From positions 69,316,001 through 69,380,000 of the forward strand of contig OX597830.1 in NCBI GenBank assembly GCA_951406725.2: DNA of 64,000 bases. The letters are read 5' to 3'. Position numbers and translations under genes: made by a program. Within the stretch, counting starts at the first letter, position 1. Each line of letters begins with the position of its first letter. This document shows, in pieces, positions 52,404 through 64,000 of this stretch. A model generated the notes under the pieces. That model made no database searches and was not told the DNA's origin. It saw nothing but the letters and a program-made list of their open reading frames with translations. The DNA comes from Octopus vulgaris. Its lineage: Eukaryota.

Positions 52404-52470
52404 ATCGTAGACCGGTTTCGCTATTAACTACTTTACTTACGTAAAAACATCCATGGCTCATCAGTATGAT
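52404..52470 (-). ncRNA. Minimal type I hammerhead ribozyme-like motif (Penelope-type)
   Basis: Minus strand reads atcata-CTGATGA-gccat...atagc-GAAA-CCGG-TC-tacgat. Core intact, stems I and II each with one mismatch, palindromic ACCGGT stem III, GUC cleavage triplet. Confidence 0.7.
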
Positions 52471-52567
52471 CGTTCTAATTTAATATAATTTGCAGAACTA
52501 TATATACAACATCAATAGTATATTCAATATAATATTCAATATAATATTCTATTTATCGCCCTCATTA

Positions 52568-52603
<36 letters not shown>

Positions 52604-53050
52604 CACATACGTACATACATATGTATATGTGTATACATGTGTGTGCATATACATATATATAAGCAATATATATAAGCAATATATATATGCAATATATATA
52701 TATACATATATATATGCAATATGTATATAAGCAATTTTACATTAATCTGAGGTGTTACTCTATACTTTTTAAGGTTACCAAATTAATCATTCTTAAACAA
52801 GAGTATTGTTGACTGGGATTTTGAAGTTTAAGAATAATAGACGCATATATATATATGAAAAACACGAAAATATTTTTGTAAATTAAATTTAAATGTTGAA
52901 GTGAATCTAACGGTTTTTGTGTGTTTTTAAATGGCTTATAAACACCTTCCATACTGCAATTGTTTTTGTTTCAGCACACGATCTAAGATCAGGTCACTTG
53001 CTATGCAAGTACATCTCCGTAATATATATATATATATACATACATACATT

Positions 53051-53081
<31 letters not shown>

Positions 53082-53163
53082 ATAAATATTAGGGAATAAA
53101 TCCAAATTTACAGGGAAAAATCAGATTTAGGATTGAATCTAATTTTATAGTAAAATATTAAAT

Positions 53164-53332
53164 TATATTATATTAGAAACAAAACCACTATTATGCAAAT
53201 CAAACAAAGAAAGTCTTAAGCCAATACATAAAATAATTGTTAAATTTAATTTATATAAATTATTTTATGTATTGGCTTAAGACTTTCTTTGTTTGATTTG
53301 CATAATAGTGGTTTTGTTTCTAATATAATATA
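53164..53332. repeat. Perfect hairpin with 75-bp arms and 19-nt loop, beside (TA)n
   Basis: 53164-53238 is the reverse complement of 53258-53332. Confidence 0.9.
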
Positions 53333-54169
53333 TATATATATATATACATATATATATACACATACACACACATTTATATACATCTGTGTGTGTGTGTGTT
53401 TGTGTGTGTATTAGTGTCTTATTGCTGTGACATCCTGTAATGGTTGTAAACAAGTGTTACCAAGTAAACTGTGTCCATTGTTTCTAACCTTCCAGGAAAA
53501 CCTGTTTGGAACATGGGGAAATATTTTGAAAAGGGAGAAATATTACCTTTTTAGGAAACGGGAGGATTGGCAGCAGAAAGGGCATCTGGCCATAGAAAAT
53601 ACACATCAATAAATTCCATCCAACTCATGCAAACATGGAAAAGTGAATGTTAAAACAATAATGAAGATGATGAGTAACGAGTAAACTTAATTAACACTGA
53701 TGGAAGATGTGGACGACTGATATGAGTAAAATAAGACCTTGTCGTTGTTATTTTAACAATGAAACACACAAAATCAATACAACCAGCCAATAATGAAACT
53801 TTAACCGCCACAGAATAAAATTCGTGAATCTCTAAAAACCAAATTAAACAGTTAATACAAGCTGACTTGCGAAAATCTCTAGAATCAGTCTCAATACACA
53901 AGTGCAATAAAACCACATATTGAATCACGGCACCACAATGATCTAGGGATTAACAAATCAAAGAGCGGATCAGCTCACACAGCAAGCTACTCAGCATGCA
54001 CTCTAAGTAACATCTTGAAACAACAATCAACTTATTTCTTTTTGTCTGCAAAAGTCTCAATGACAAGAAGGACATAAAGAATATTCTGGCTATAAAAATT
54101 TTATTCCGGCAGTTTACTTTTTTTTTTTACTTATAGATTAGTAGTCAGTGTCAGCTGTTTGTGGAATAT

Positions 54170-54582
54170 CTCTCTTACTCTTTTACTCTTTTACTTGTTT
54201 CAGTCATTTGACTGCGGCCATGCTGGAGCGCCGCCTTTTAGTCGAGCAAATCGACCCTGGGACTTATTCTTTTGTAAGCCCAGTACTTATTCTATCGGTC
54301 TCTTTTGCCGAACCGCTAAGTAAACGGGGACATAAACACACCAGCATCGGTTGTCAAGCAATGCTAGGGGGACAAACACAGACACACAAACACATATATA
54401 TATATATATACAAATATACGACGGGCTTCTTTCAGTTTCCGTCTACCAAATCGACTCACAAGGCATTGGTCGGCCTGAGGCTATAGTAGAAGACACTTGC
54501 CCAAGGTGCCACGCAGTAGGACTGAACCTGGAACCATGTGGTTGGTAAACAAGCTACTTACCACACAGCCACTCCTGCGCCT
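54170..54582 (-). mobile_element. SINE family A copy
   Basis: Full-length reverse-complement match. Confidence 0.85.
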
Positions 54583-56051
54583 ATGCATTTTGACAAAATG
54601 GATCAGGATGTTTTCGGTTGTTGGTCTACCTGATTAGAACTAGCTTAGGGCTAAACGACAACAACCCCTTCCTCCACCCTTCACTATAGTCAATGGCCTT
54701 GAGTTTTAGATTCTGGACTATTGATCACATAGTTCTATCGCTATAACATACTTAATGCACACAACATTAAATAAAAGCTAAGATGAAATAATGAATCATT
54801 AATTGATATACTAATTTAATTATTTCAACAAGTCTAGACAAGTTCCATTTATGTTAATAGTTAATTTTTTTTTAATGTACTCTAACATCCAATAGGCCAA
54901 CATTAACTTTGTTTTTCTTGCAGATGGTGTCTCTGAGTAATTCATTCTTTAAAATATTGAATCAGCTACACCGACCAGCGAACTTCTCTTTTGTATATTT
55001 ACTTAATAATTCATGTGACAGTGTCTGCCCGATGGTTTCAACATTGATTTCATGATCACAAGGTGATGGGTTCAATACCTGGATAGGGCAAGGTACTTCA
55101 TTTCACATTGTTCTCCATCTACTCAATACTCCAAAGTTCTGTAGCATCCTCCCTTTCATTGTAGCTGTACACATATTCAATGTTTTCTTGGATCAAGAGT
55201 AGGCAGACCAAGATGGCATATAAGTCTGTTTACAAATACCAACTACTTAAAACAATTACCTAAAGCATAGCACATTATCAAGTTATCCTTGTTTGTGAAT
55301 GTTGGCTATGATATTTAGCCGTCCTTTTGTCACTACTATAGCAAATGCATTGAAAAAAGTTTTTTACTGATGAGATCATAATAAGGCTGAAGCATGTCCT
55401 ATACTTCTTTTATCTTTTACTTGTTTCAGCCACTGGACTGTAGCTAATGCTGGGACCCCACCTTGAAAATATTAACCAAATAAATCATCCCAAGCTCTTA
55501 GTTTCTTCTTAAGTCTGATACTTAGTCTATCAGTCTCTTTCGCCTAATTGCAGGGACATAAACAAACAAACAAACAGTTGGTTGTAAAATGGTGTTGTGG
55601 AACAAACACAACAACACTTACATACATAAATACATACACACACATACATAGGTAGGTATGTATGTGTGTGTGTATATATATTTTTATTTTTATTTATTTT
55701 ATTTTTATCTAGTTTCAGCTCACGAGCTGTGACCATGCTGGGGCACTGCCATTTGCTGGGACATATATATATATATATATATCGATACAAACAGACAGAC
55801 AGACAGACAGATAGATAGATAGATAGATAGATAGACTGATGTATATGTAACTGTTAGTTATGGCTAGTCACAAAGTTACAATAGATATCATGTCTATTAT
55901 TGCTCTTAGCAATATATATTGCAAAGACTGATAATAGATGTGAAGGCAATAGTAACTTTCTGACCATAAACCAATGACTACATAAAATATTACAGCTAAA
56001 ACACATTGTTTAGGATGTGTTTTTCTTCTGATTTATGTACAACTGACCAAT

Positions 56052-56100
<49 letters not shown>

Positions 56101-56579
56101 GTAACGACTCTTTAAGTTCTGAGTTCAAATCACGCCAAGGTCAAATTTGTCTTTTATCCTTCCGGGTTCAATAAAGCAAAATTATAATGGCGGAGATTTA
56201 AAATAGCTATCCTTTGAAGCCCCTTATCTCAGAGTAAAGGGAAAAGGGTGTTTTTTCCTCTCTTCATTTTTTGGGTAATCTTATATTTCATACTACGGAA
56301 ATTACGAAAGAATTTTTTATCCAAAGATATAATGTATTTTTACATTTTGCTCTCTCACCTCCTGTCAAATCCATACTCGTTTCCTTTTCTATGAAGGAAG
56401 GATAGCTATATCAAAACTCCAGCGTTACATTCAACCACTGTGGCTATATATAAATTTCTATAATGCAATTGTGAGATGAATGAAATTATTAACAGAAGAG
56501 TATTTACTGCTTGCATATTTTCTTTATTTTTATTTTTTACATTCTATTTCCCCACTTGCTGCACTATTGTCCCTCTCCT

Positions 56580-56880
56580 CCTTCACAATGCAAATGTACC
56601 CTGTCGCTGAGCTCTCCTCACTTATGAGTTTATCATCAAAAGCAACATGATATCAATTCCTCACACACCGTATCCGCTTGTGGACTTCCATCTCTTCCTC
56701 AAAAATGAAGATGCAGCTCAAAGGTTGCTGTTTTAAGGCCGCTGTCACTTGCTTACAGAAAACGACTTCCAGGTCAGATTCCAAGAGTGGTAGGCATGGA
56801 GATGATGTTAAAACTTAGGTAAATAAGTTATCTTTTAATAAACATAACTAGTCCAGGAATTTTTTGTTACCGCTTTTGAT
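56580..56880 (+). mobile_element. Degenerate mariner transposase remnant
   Basis: ...SNMISIPHTPY...DFHLFL / KMKMQLKG...LTENDFQVRFQEW* across frameshifts. Confidence 0.55.
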
Positions 56881-58470
56881 ATATATATTTTCTATGTTTT
56901 ATCTCTTACTTGTTTCAGCATCAGACTGCGGCCATGCTGGTGCACCCCCTTGAAGGGCTTTAGTCAAATGAATCAACCCTAGTACCTTTTCTTCTTTAAA
57001 GCCTGGTACTTATTCTATCAGTCTCTTTTGCCAAACCACTGAGTTACAGGGATGTAAACACACCAACACCGGTTGTCAAGCAGTGATGGGGGACAAACAC
57101 TTACAGACACAAAGATATATATGTGTATATATGTATATATGTGTGTGTGATGGGCTTCTTTCAATTTTCATCGACAAAATTCACTCACAAGATCAGCCTG
57201 AGGCTATAGTAGAAGATTCAAGGTGTGACACAATAGGACTGAACCGAGGACCACGTGGCTGGGAAGCAAATTTCTTACCACACAACCATGCTTGCACAGA
57301 CCTTTGGTGATGTGCTGTACTTGGGAGGACCCATCAAGCTAAGGGTACCCATGCTGGTGGAATGTAAAGAACACCTTTTGAGCATTGGGCCTCACAGAGG
57401 CAAAGTATCTGAGTTCCTTTTGTGCATTGGGCCTCACGGAGGCAATGACTGAGAATTTGGCATTATGTTGTTCTTGAGAATAGCCATCAAGCTGAGCAAA
57501 ATCACCATCATGGCAGATACCAGTGTCACGCAAATTGGCACCCATGCTCATGGCACATAAAAGCACCATGGTGTCATGCAAATGGCACCTGTGTGAGTGG
57601 CACGTCAAAGCACCCAGTACAGTCTTGGAGTGGCTGGCATTAGGAAGGACATCCAGCCATAGAAAACCATGCCGAATCAGACTGGAGTCTGGTGCAGCCT
57701 TCCAGCATGCCAGCCCAGTCAGACCATCCAACCCATGCCAGCCTGGACAATGGACATTGAATGATGATGATGATGATACGCACACACACACACACACACA
57801 TACACATACACATATATAAATATACACACACGCATATATACATATACACACATATATGCATACACACACACACACACATATACGCATATATAAATATATA
57901 CACATACACACACACACATATATATGCATACACACACACACACATATATATACACATATATAAATACACACACACATATATACATATACACACATATATG
58001 CATACACACACACACACACACATATATATATACAATGGGCTTCCACACAGCATCTACCAAATTCACTCGCAAGGCATTGGTCAGCTCTAAGCTATACTAG
58101 AAAATATTTGCCCAAGGCTGTGCAATGAGACTGAACCTCAGACCACATATTTGCAAGGTTAGCTTCTTAACCACAAAGCCATGCCCGTGCCTACTTGCTG
58201 AAAATAATTCAAATATAATTAATCAATGATTAATATTACTTTTTCCCACACTCACTGCATAAATAATGATAGTTTGCTTTTTTCATTATGCTCCCTGCAT
58301 TAAATATGTCAACTCTAGCTTAACTATTGATTTTTATGCAGATGGTGTCTCTAAGAAGCTTATCATAGATTATAAAATCATTTACCTGCCTCTGGGTGAC
58401 TGGTTAACCAGTAACTTCATAGCTGAGTGGTCAGTAGAGTGGCTTGTAGAAACTAACTACAGATAATGAT

Positions 58471-58873
58471 AGGCATAGGAGTGGCTGTGTGGTAAGTAGC
58501 TTGCTAACCAACCACATGGTTCTGGGTTCGGTCCCACTGCATGGCACATTGGACAAGTGTCTTCTACTATAGCCTCGGGCCGACCAAAGGCTTGTGAGTG
58601 GATTTGGTAGATGGAAACTGAAAGAAGCCCGTCGCATATATGTATGTGTGTGTGTGTATATGTTTGTGTGTCTGTGTTTGTCTCCCCAACATCACTTGAC
58701 AACCGATGCTGGTGTGTTTACGTCTCCATAACTTAGCAGTTTGGCAAAAGAGACCGATGGAATAAGTACTAGGCTTACAAGGAATAAGTCCTGGGGTTGA
58801 TTTGCTCAACTAAAGGTGGTGCACCAGCATGGCCACAGTCAAATGACTGAAACAAGTAAAAGAGTTAAAAGAG
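58471..58873 (+). mobile_element. SINE family A copy
   Basis: Full-length match. Confidence 0.85.
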
Positions 58874-59133
58874 AGTTATCAATATGTACACATCCCTAAG
58901 GTGGCGAGCTGGCAGAATCGTAAGCTTGACATACAAAATGCATAGTGACATTTTATCTATCTTTATGTTCTGAGTTCAAATTCTGCCAGGATCAACTTTG
59001 CTTTTCATCCTTTCAGGGTCAACAAACTGAGTACCAGTTGAGCACTGGGGTCAATGTAACAGACTTGCACCTTCCCACAAAATTGCTAGCCTTGAGCCAA
59101 AACTTGATAGCAATGTGTACACATCCCAAATTT

Positions 59134-59372
59134 TTACTCTCTTTTTACTCTTTTACTCTTTTACTTGTTTCAGTCATTTGACTGCGGCCATGCTGGAGCA
59201 CCACCTTTAGTCGAGCAAATCGACCCCGGGACTTATTCTTTGTAAGCCCAGTACTTAATCTATTGGTCTCTTTTGCCGAACCGCTAAGTGACGGGGACGT
59301 AAACACACCAGCATCAGTTGTCAAGCAATGCTAGGGGGACAAACACACACACACAAACATACACACAAATAC

Positions 59373-59403
<31 letters not shown>

Positions 59404-59567
59404 TACGATGGGCTTCTTTCAGTTTCCGTCTACCAAATCCACTCACAAGGCATTGGTCGGCCTGAGGCTATAGTAGAAGACACTTGCCCAAGGTGCAACG
59501 CAGTGGGACTGAACCCGGAACCATGTGGTTGGTAAGCAAGCTACGTACCACACAGCCACTCCTGCGC
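59134..59567 (-). mobile_element. SINE family A copy
   Basis: Full-length reverse-complement match. Confidence 0.85.
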
Positions 59568-60024
59568 TTTGTAAACTATTTCAACTGAATTGTTTTCAAA
59601 AAGTGTGTATAAAATAAGGACTGTGGTTGTTTGAGTCCTTTGTTCTTTCTTTTTTTCTTTCTTTTTTTTCTTTTTCTTTTTTTTGTAGGTCATCCAGTTC
59701 TTCTCTATGGTTGTCAGACAGCATTCAGAAATAAAGTTGGGTCGACTTGATCTTTCATGTGAAACTGTGTGACCCAGGTTGCCATTTTAAAGACATTTCT
59801 GTTTTGCTTCATCTTGTAAAACTTTAACATTCAGATTACTTTGACAAATGTAATGCTTATTTATTCACATTACTTAGAATTTATCCTACATTATCTTGTA
59901 GCCTTGAGATCTGTATGACATGATTGTGTATTTTTAGAATGACATTTTAGGGTAAGGGTGAGGGTGAGGGGCTGGCTTTGGCCAGTTTGAACATAAAACA
60001 TGCAGAATATTTGGGATGGCTGTA

Positions 60025-61445
60025 TACAATAAAACTCAACTACCATTCCCGGACATTCTAATAATCAAAACAGACAAAAACATTGAAATAGACATTCGTT
60101 ACAAACCAACAGATTCTAAACAATACCTGTTGTTCTCCTCATGCCATTCCAAACACAAAGAGACTAATATTCCTTTTAATACAGCAAGAAGAATCGGCAC
60201 AATTGTTTTAAACATTGAAACTTGTAACAAAGGACTCAAGAGAAAATATCTGACAACGTTAATAGACAACGGAATAGAGTGTGCCAAAGCAATAGATATT
60301 CAAGACCCCTATCTTACCCAGGATATTAATCGTCTGGAAATTGTTCAGTGACGTGCAACCAAGAGAATACCCTCTATCAGGCATTTGCCATATTCTGAAT
60401 GCCTTACTTCCCTGGGCATGGATACATTGAAACTCCGATGTCTGGCAGCTGACTTGGCAGACACCCATAAAATTATTAACCATCTTACTAACAATAACTC
60501 TGAACACCTTTTCAAACTCCACCTGTCTAACACCCGTGGACATGTTTACAAAGTCAGAAAACAGCACAGCTCCCATGACTTTCAGAAACATTTTTTTCAC
60601 ACTAAGAGTTGCTGAAGTATGGAACAAACTGCCGGCATCAGTTGTTAGTTGTCGGAGCACTGCATCCTTCAAAACTTCCATGCTTCCTGACATTCACCAA
60701 CACTACACCTGATTTTCTCCCCTCCATACACACGCAAGCATGTATCTGACTCATACACTGTTCACTTTCTAGACATTTGTACATTACTGCATATGCTTTA
60801 TATGCACTTTTGACAAGTCGTGCTGCACCTGAGCACTGTATACAATAATTTCATTACATTATATTAATTGCAAAAATTTTTTTAAAAACCACTTCCGATA
60901 TGCCCAATGCTCTACCCTTTATTACAACAAATAGCTCAAAAACACAGAGGTTTGAAACTTCGTCAACCAGAACATTCCACTACTGAGACAAGACTGAAGA
61001 ATGAAACAAGCACTTGAAATATACAAAATAATTAAAAGCATAAGACAATCAAAATCCCTCAAGTAACTGCTCACCAATGCTAAATTACCCTCCACAAACA
61101 CCACACAAATAGTCAAAAAGTGTGACCACCCTAATTGCAGTACTTGCTTTAACCTCATAAAAAGTCATTTTATCACTTCCCCCCAAAATTTAATATGATA
61201 TTAAATGTAAAGGACGTAATGAGGATTATATAGGTCAAACTAAACTTGCTCTTAGAAACAGACTAATTATTCATATACAAGAAATACAAAACCTCAGTAC
61301 TATACACATAGATATATATACAAAAATAAGTCTCCTAAGTTCTAAATCTGTTCACTTCACCTTTGTTCAGTCAATATCACAGACCAAGCACAGATAAATA
61401 AAGAAAATATATTCATACAAATTAAAACTGAATAAACTTTAACAA
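60025..61445 (+). mobile_element. Penelope-like element remnant (RT C-terminus plus GIY-YIG), interrupted by a LINE fragment
   Basis: QLPFPDILI...YKPTDSKQYLLFSSCHSKHKETNIPFNTARRI (RT thumb), KKCDHPNCSTC (about 61115-61147) and IKCKGRNEDYIGQTKLALRNRLIIH (about 61200-61274); frameshifted. Confidence 0.8.
60305..60858 (+). mobile_element. CR1-group LINE 3' end nested in the Penelope remnant
   Basis: PYLTQDINRLEIVQ*RATKRI...LPYSECLTSLGMDTLKLRCLAADL; 3' UTR gcacctgagcactgtatacaata is shared with about 10990-11478 (-) and 43380-43555 (-); internal part also at 63070-63200. Confidence 0.75.
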
Positions 61446-62274
61446 ACTATATTCACACACAAACTCATACTACTACCTGATGTTTATACAGCTAATAACC
61501 TAAACTTAGGGCACAGTCATGACCTTTCCCCATATGACACTAACACAGAAGTTAAGTGAACAAAATTTGATGCCTGCATATATAAACACAAACAAACAAC
61601 TATTCAATGACCAGGCTACAAAAAAAACAACTCCTGTCCACTCTACCAGTTGACATTTTAAATTTAGAGAGCCTTATTTTGGGACTGTCACTAGACATGT
61701 TTAGTCAACCGTGTCAGCGTTATTTTCAGTGTGAAAAATATAGTCATATGATATTAATGCACAGACTTGGTGGGAAACTTACCAAGATTACTACCTACAA
61801 CCATGTGATTTTCCTTTACTATGTTTGACATAAAATTCAGACAGTTTTGATTGTTAAGGATTGTTATGAGATATGTAAACACATAAATATATTCACTCAG
61901 CCATGACAGCTTTAACTAACAGCACCAAACATATTGTTGCATAACATTAAAAAAACTAATGAGCATAGTGGAAAATTTGCAAAAATTTCTAAACCTGATC
62001 ATTTTATCATCTTTGGTCAATCAAATTGTATCCAAAACCAATGCTAAATTGAATCCTGTTCTTTCCATAAACATGAGACAATTTTTGAATCCCAACTAGA
62101 AGCAAGACAGTTACAGTATAGCTCCATGTCTTCCTATTTTAACTTTTGAAAATCATAGAGGTCTAAAAAAAAAAATAAAATATCTAAACAAATTCCAGTG
62201 CCTTTTCAACTTCTTTTTTCTATATTTCTACCTGTGTGGAATAAAATAACTTTGTTTATATATATATATATATC

Positions 62275-62600
62275 GCATGGCTCAGTGGTTAGAGCGTCGA
62301 GCTTACGATCGTGAGGTTGTGAGCTCGAATCCCGGACCGGGCTACGTGTTGTGTTCTTGAGCAAGGCACTTTATTTCACGTTGCTCCAGTTCACTCAGCT
62401 GTAGAAATGAGTTGCAACATCACTGGTGCCAAGCTGTATCGACCTTTGTCTTTCCCTTGGATAACACTGGTGGCGTGGAGAGGGGAGGCTGGTATGCATG
62501 GGCGACTGCTGGTCTTCCATAAACAACCTTGCCCGGACTTGTGTCTAGGAGGGTAACTTTCTAGGTACAATCCCATGGTCATTCATGACCGAAGGGGGTC
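62275..62600 (+). mobile_element. tRNA-derived SINE family C
   Basis: tggctcagtggttagagcg...tcgaatcccgg...atgaccgaagggggtc; copies at about 948-1280, 12800-13130 and 30320-30630. Confidence 0.8.
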
Positions 62601-62615
62601 TTTACCCTATATATA

Positions 62616-62815
62616 CTTTATTTAAAAGCAGCAGAAATTCAACAAAAGCTGTTACTCGGAGTTTCACGTTCCCATTCGTCGGACAGTTTTAACAAAACTG
62701 TCCGACGAACAGGAAAGTGGATTTCCTTAAGCACTTAAATAAAGCATATTACTCTACCTCTGGTATTTGAGTACTCTTTTATCCACCTTGTTTCGCATTT
62801 ATGTGTTTACTCCAG
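62616..62815 (+). mobile_element. Copy of the 19428 fold-back family with collapsed palindrome
   Basis: Same termini; residual palindrome ttcgtcggacagtttt-aac-aaaactgtccgacgaa at 62675-62709; TA flanks. Confidence 0.8.
62649..62686 (-). ncRNA. Minimal hammerhead-like motif (CCGANGA core variant)
   Basis: Minus strand reads ctgt-CCGACGA-atg ggaa cgt-GAAA-CTCCGAG-TA-acag. Stem I ctgt/acag, 3-bp stem II, near-palindromic ACTCCGAGT stem III. Confidence 0.55.
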
Positions 62816-62816
62816 T

Positions 62817-62879
<63 letters not shown>

Positions 62880-62930
62880 ATATAATTTATATGTATATAT
62901 ATATATATATAATATAATATAATTTATATG

Positions 62931-62987
<57 letters not shown>

Positions 62988-63537
62988 GTGTTTGTATATA
63001 TATATATATATGCATGGACGTTAAACGAAGATGATGATGATGATGATGATATATATATATATATATATATATTTTCATGCTCACGGTTGCTGAGGCATGG
63101 AACAAACCATCTGCATCAGTTGTTAGCTGCCGAGACTTGCATACTTTAAAACCTCCATGCTTCCTGAAATTTTCCAACACTACACCTGATATCCACCCCC
63201 TCCTGTCCCCTAACAGATTTTGTTTTCCCACCTCTTTCTCTGTCTGCCTCTGTTTCTGCCACCTTTGACTGAACCCTGAAGGATTGTTTTGGCCATTCTT
63301 GATGAGAGGATGACTTACCCAAACTACCTGAGTTTGTGTTTCTTTACTGTGAAATTCCTCACAAGGCCCTACCGACCACCTTATTCTTCGTTTCATCATA
63401 GGAATTTAAAACTTCGAGTGAACATAAAATAATTTTTTGGGAGAGGTGAAACTCAAAGCAGATAAAACTATGTGCATGTGTCTGGGTGTCTACTTTTATT
63501 GTCATGTTTAACACATGTTAAGGAAGCAGTGACTCAC

Positions 63538-63671
63538 CTACTTTGATTAAATGTGAAAATTTTCACTTTAACCTGCTTATATTTGCCAATTATTTTCTGT
63601 GTGTCTTCATCAGTATTGAAGGAATTCATAAGAACCAGGGGTACATCAGTGTCATATTTTTTATTTAAATG
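63538..63671 (-). CDS. UGP2: UDP-glucose pyrophosphorylase exon (most 5' exon in window)
   Basis: ttttcAG|CATTTA encodes [44 protein letters not shown](R); donor GTGAGT. The [10 protein letters not shown] and FNQS motifs are UGPase hallmarks. Confidence 0.95.
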
Positions 63672-63853
63672 CTGAAAAAAAAAAACAAGTAAAAAAAAAA
63701 GTCTCAAAAATGACTATCAATAACAACAACAAACAGAACAAATGATGAATCTGGCAACTGAATCTGCACAAAAGAAAACTGCAAATGGTAAAAGACTTCT
63801 GTCCATTGTTAGAGATTTATTCCAGCAAGATGGGGATAAACACTTTATGTTGT

Positions 63854-63887
<34 letters not shown>

Positions 63888-64000
63888 TATAGAACACACT
63901 GTAAAGTGGTCGGCATTTGGAAGGACATCCAGCTGTAAAAACCTTGCCAAAATTGACTTTGCCTCTGCTTGTGCCACGTAGAAAGCACCAAGTCTACTCT

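Noticed and set aside
55365-55400. CTGATGA...GAAGCATGTC possible hammerhead (similar weak hits near 15271 and 17533)
   Set aside because: Stems I and II are not convincingly paired and GAAA is altered or misplaced; too degenerate to call.
62275-62345. tRNA-like A/B boxes (also at 948, 12800, 44309 and SINE A heads)
   Set aside because: These are SINE heads continuing into shared repeat bodies; no complete cloverleaf was evident.

Overview
AT-rich, microsatellite- and SINE-dense eukaryotic DNA. The repeat families and intron style suggest an octopus (coleoid cephalopod) genome; this is an inference. The window holds two convergent, 5'-incomplete genes. An MDH1B-like gene on + has 4 coding exons between 2143 and 9135. 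UGP2 (UDP-glucose pyrophosphorylase) on - has 11 coding exons from 63671 down to 19085, all phase-consistent. One UGP2 junction can only be joined through an 8.2-kb AT-AC minor-spliceosome (U12) intron (42561-50801). Introns and the intergenic space contain tRNA-derived SINEs, RTE, CR1 and R4/Dong LINE ends, mariner/Tc1, hAT, piggyBac and pogo MITEs, a Helitron, a solo LTR and a Penelope RT/GIY-YIG remnant. The main unexplained pattern is a set of sequence-unrelated short fold-back (inverted-repeat) insertions, several beside (TA)n tracts. Most carry minimal hammerhead-ribozyme-like motifs with a palindromic stem III in or near the fold-back, consistent with 5'-inverted Penelope-like elements. 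Most listed ORFs are microsatellite or SINE artefacts. Repeat boundaries are approximate and family names come from recalled motifs, not database searches.
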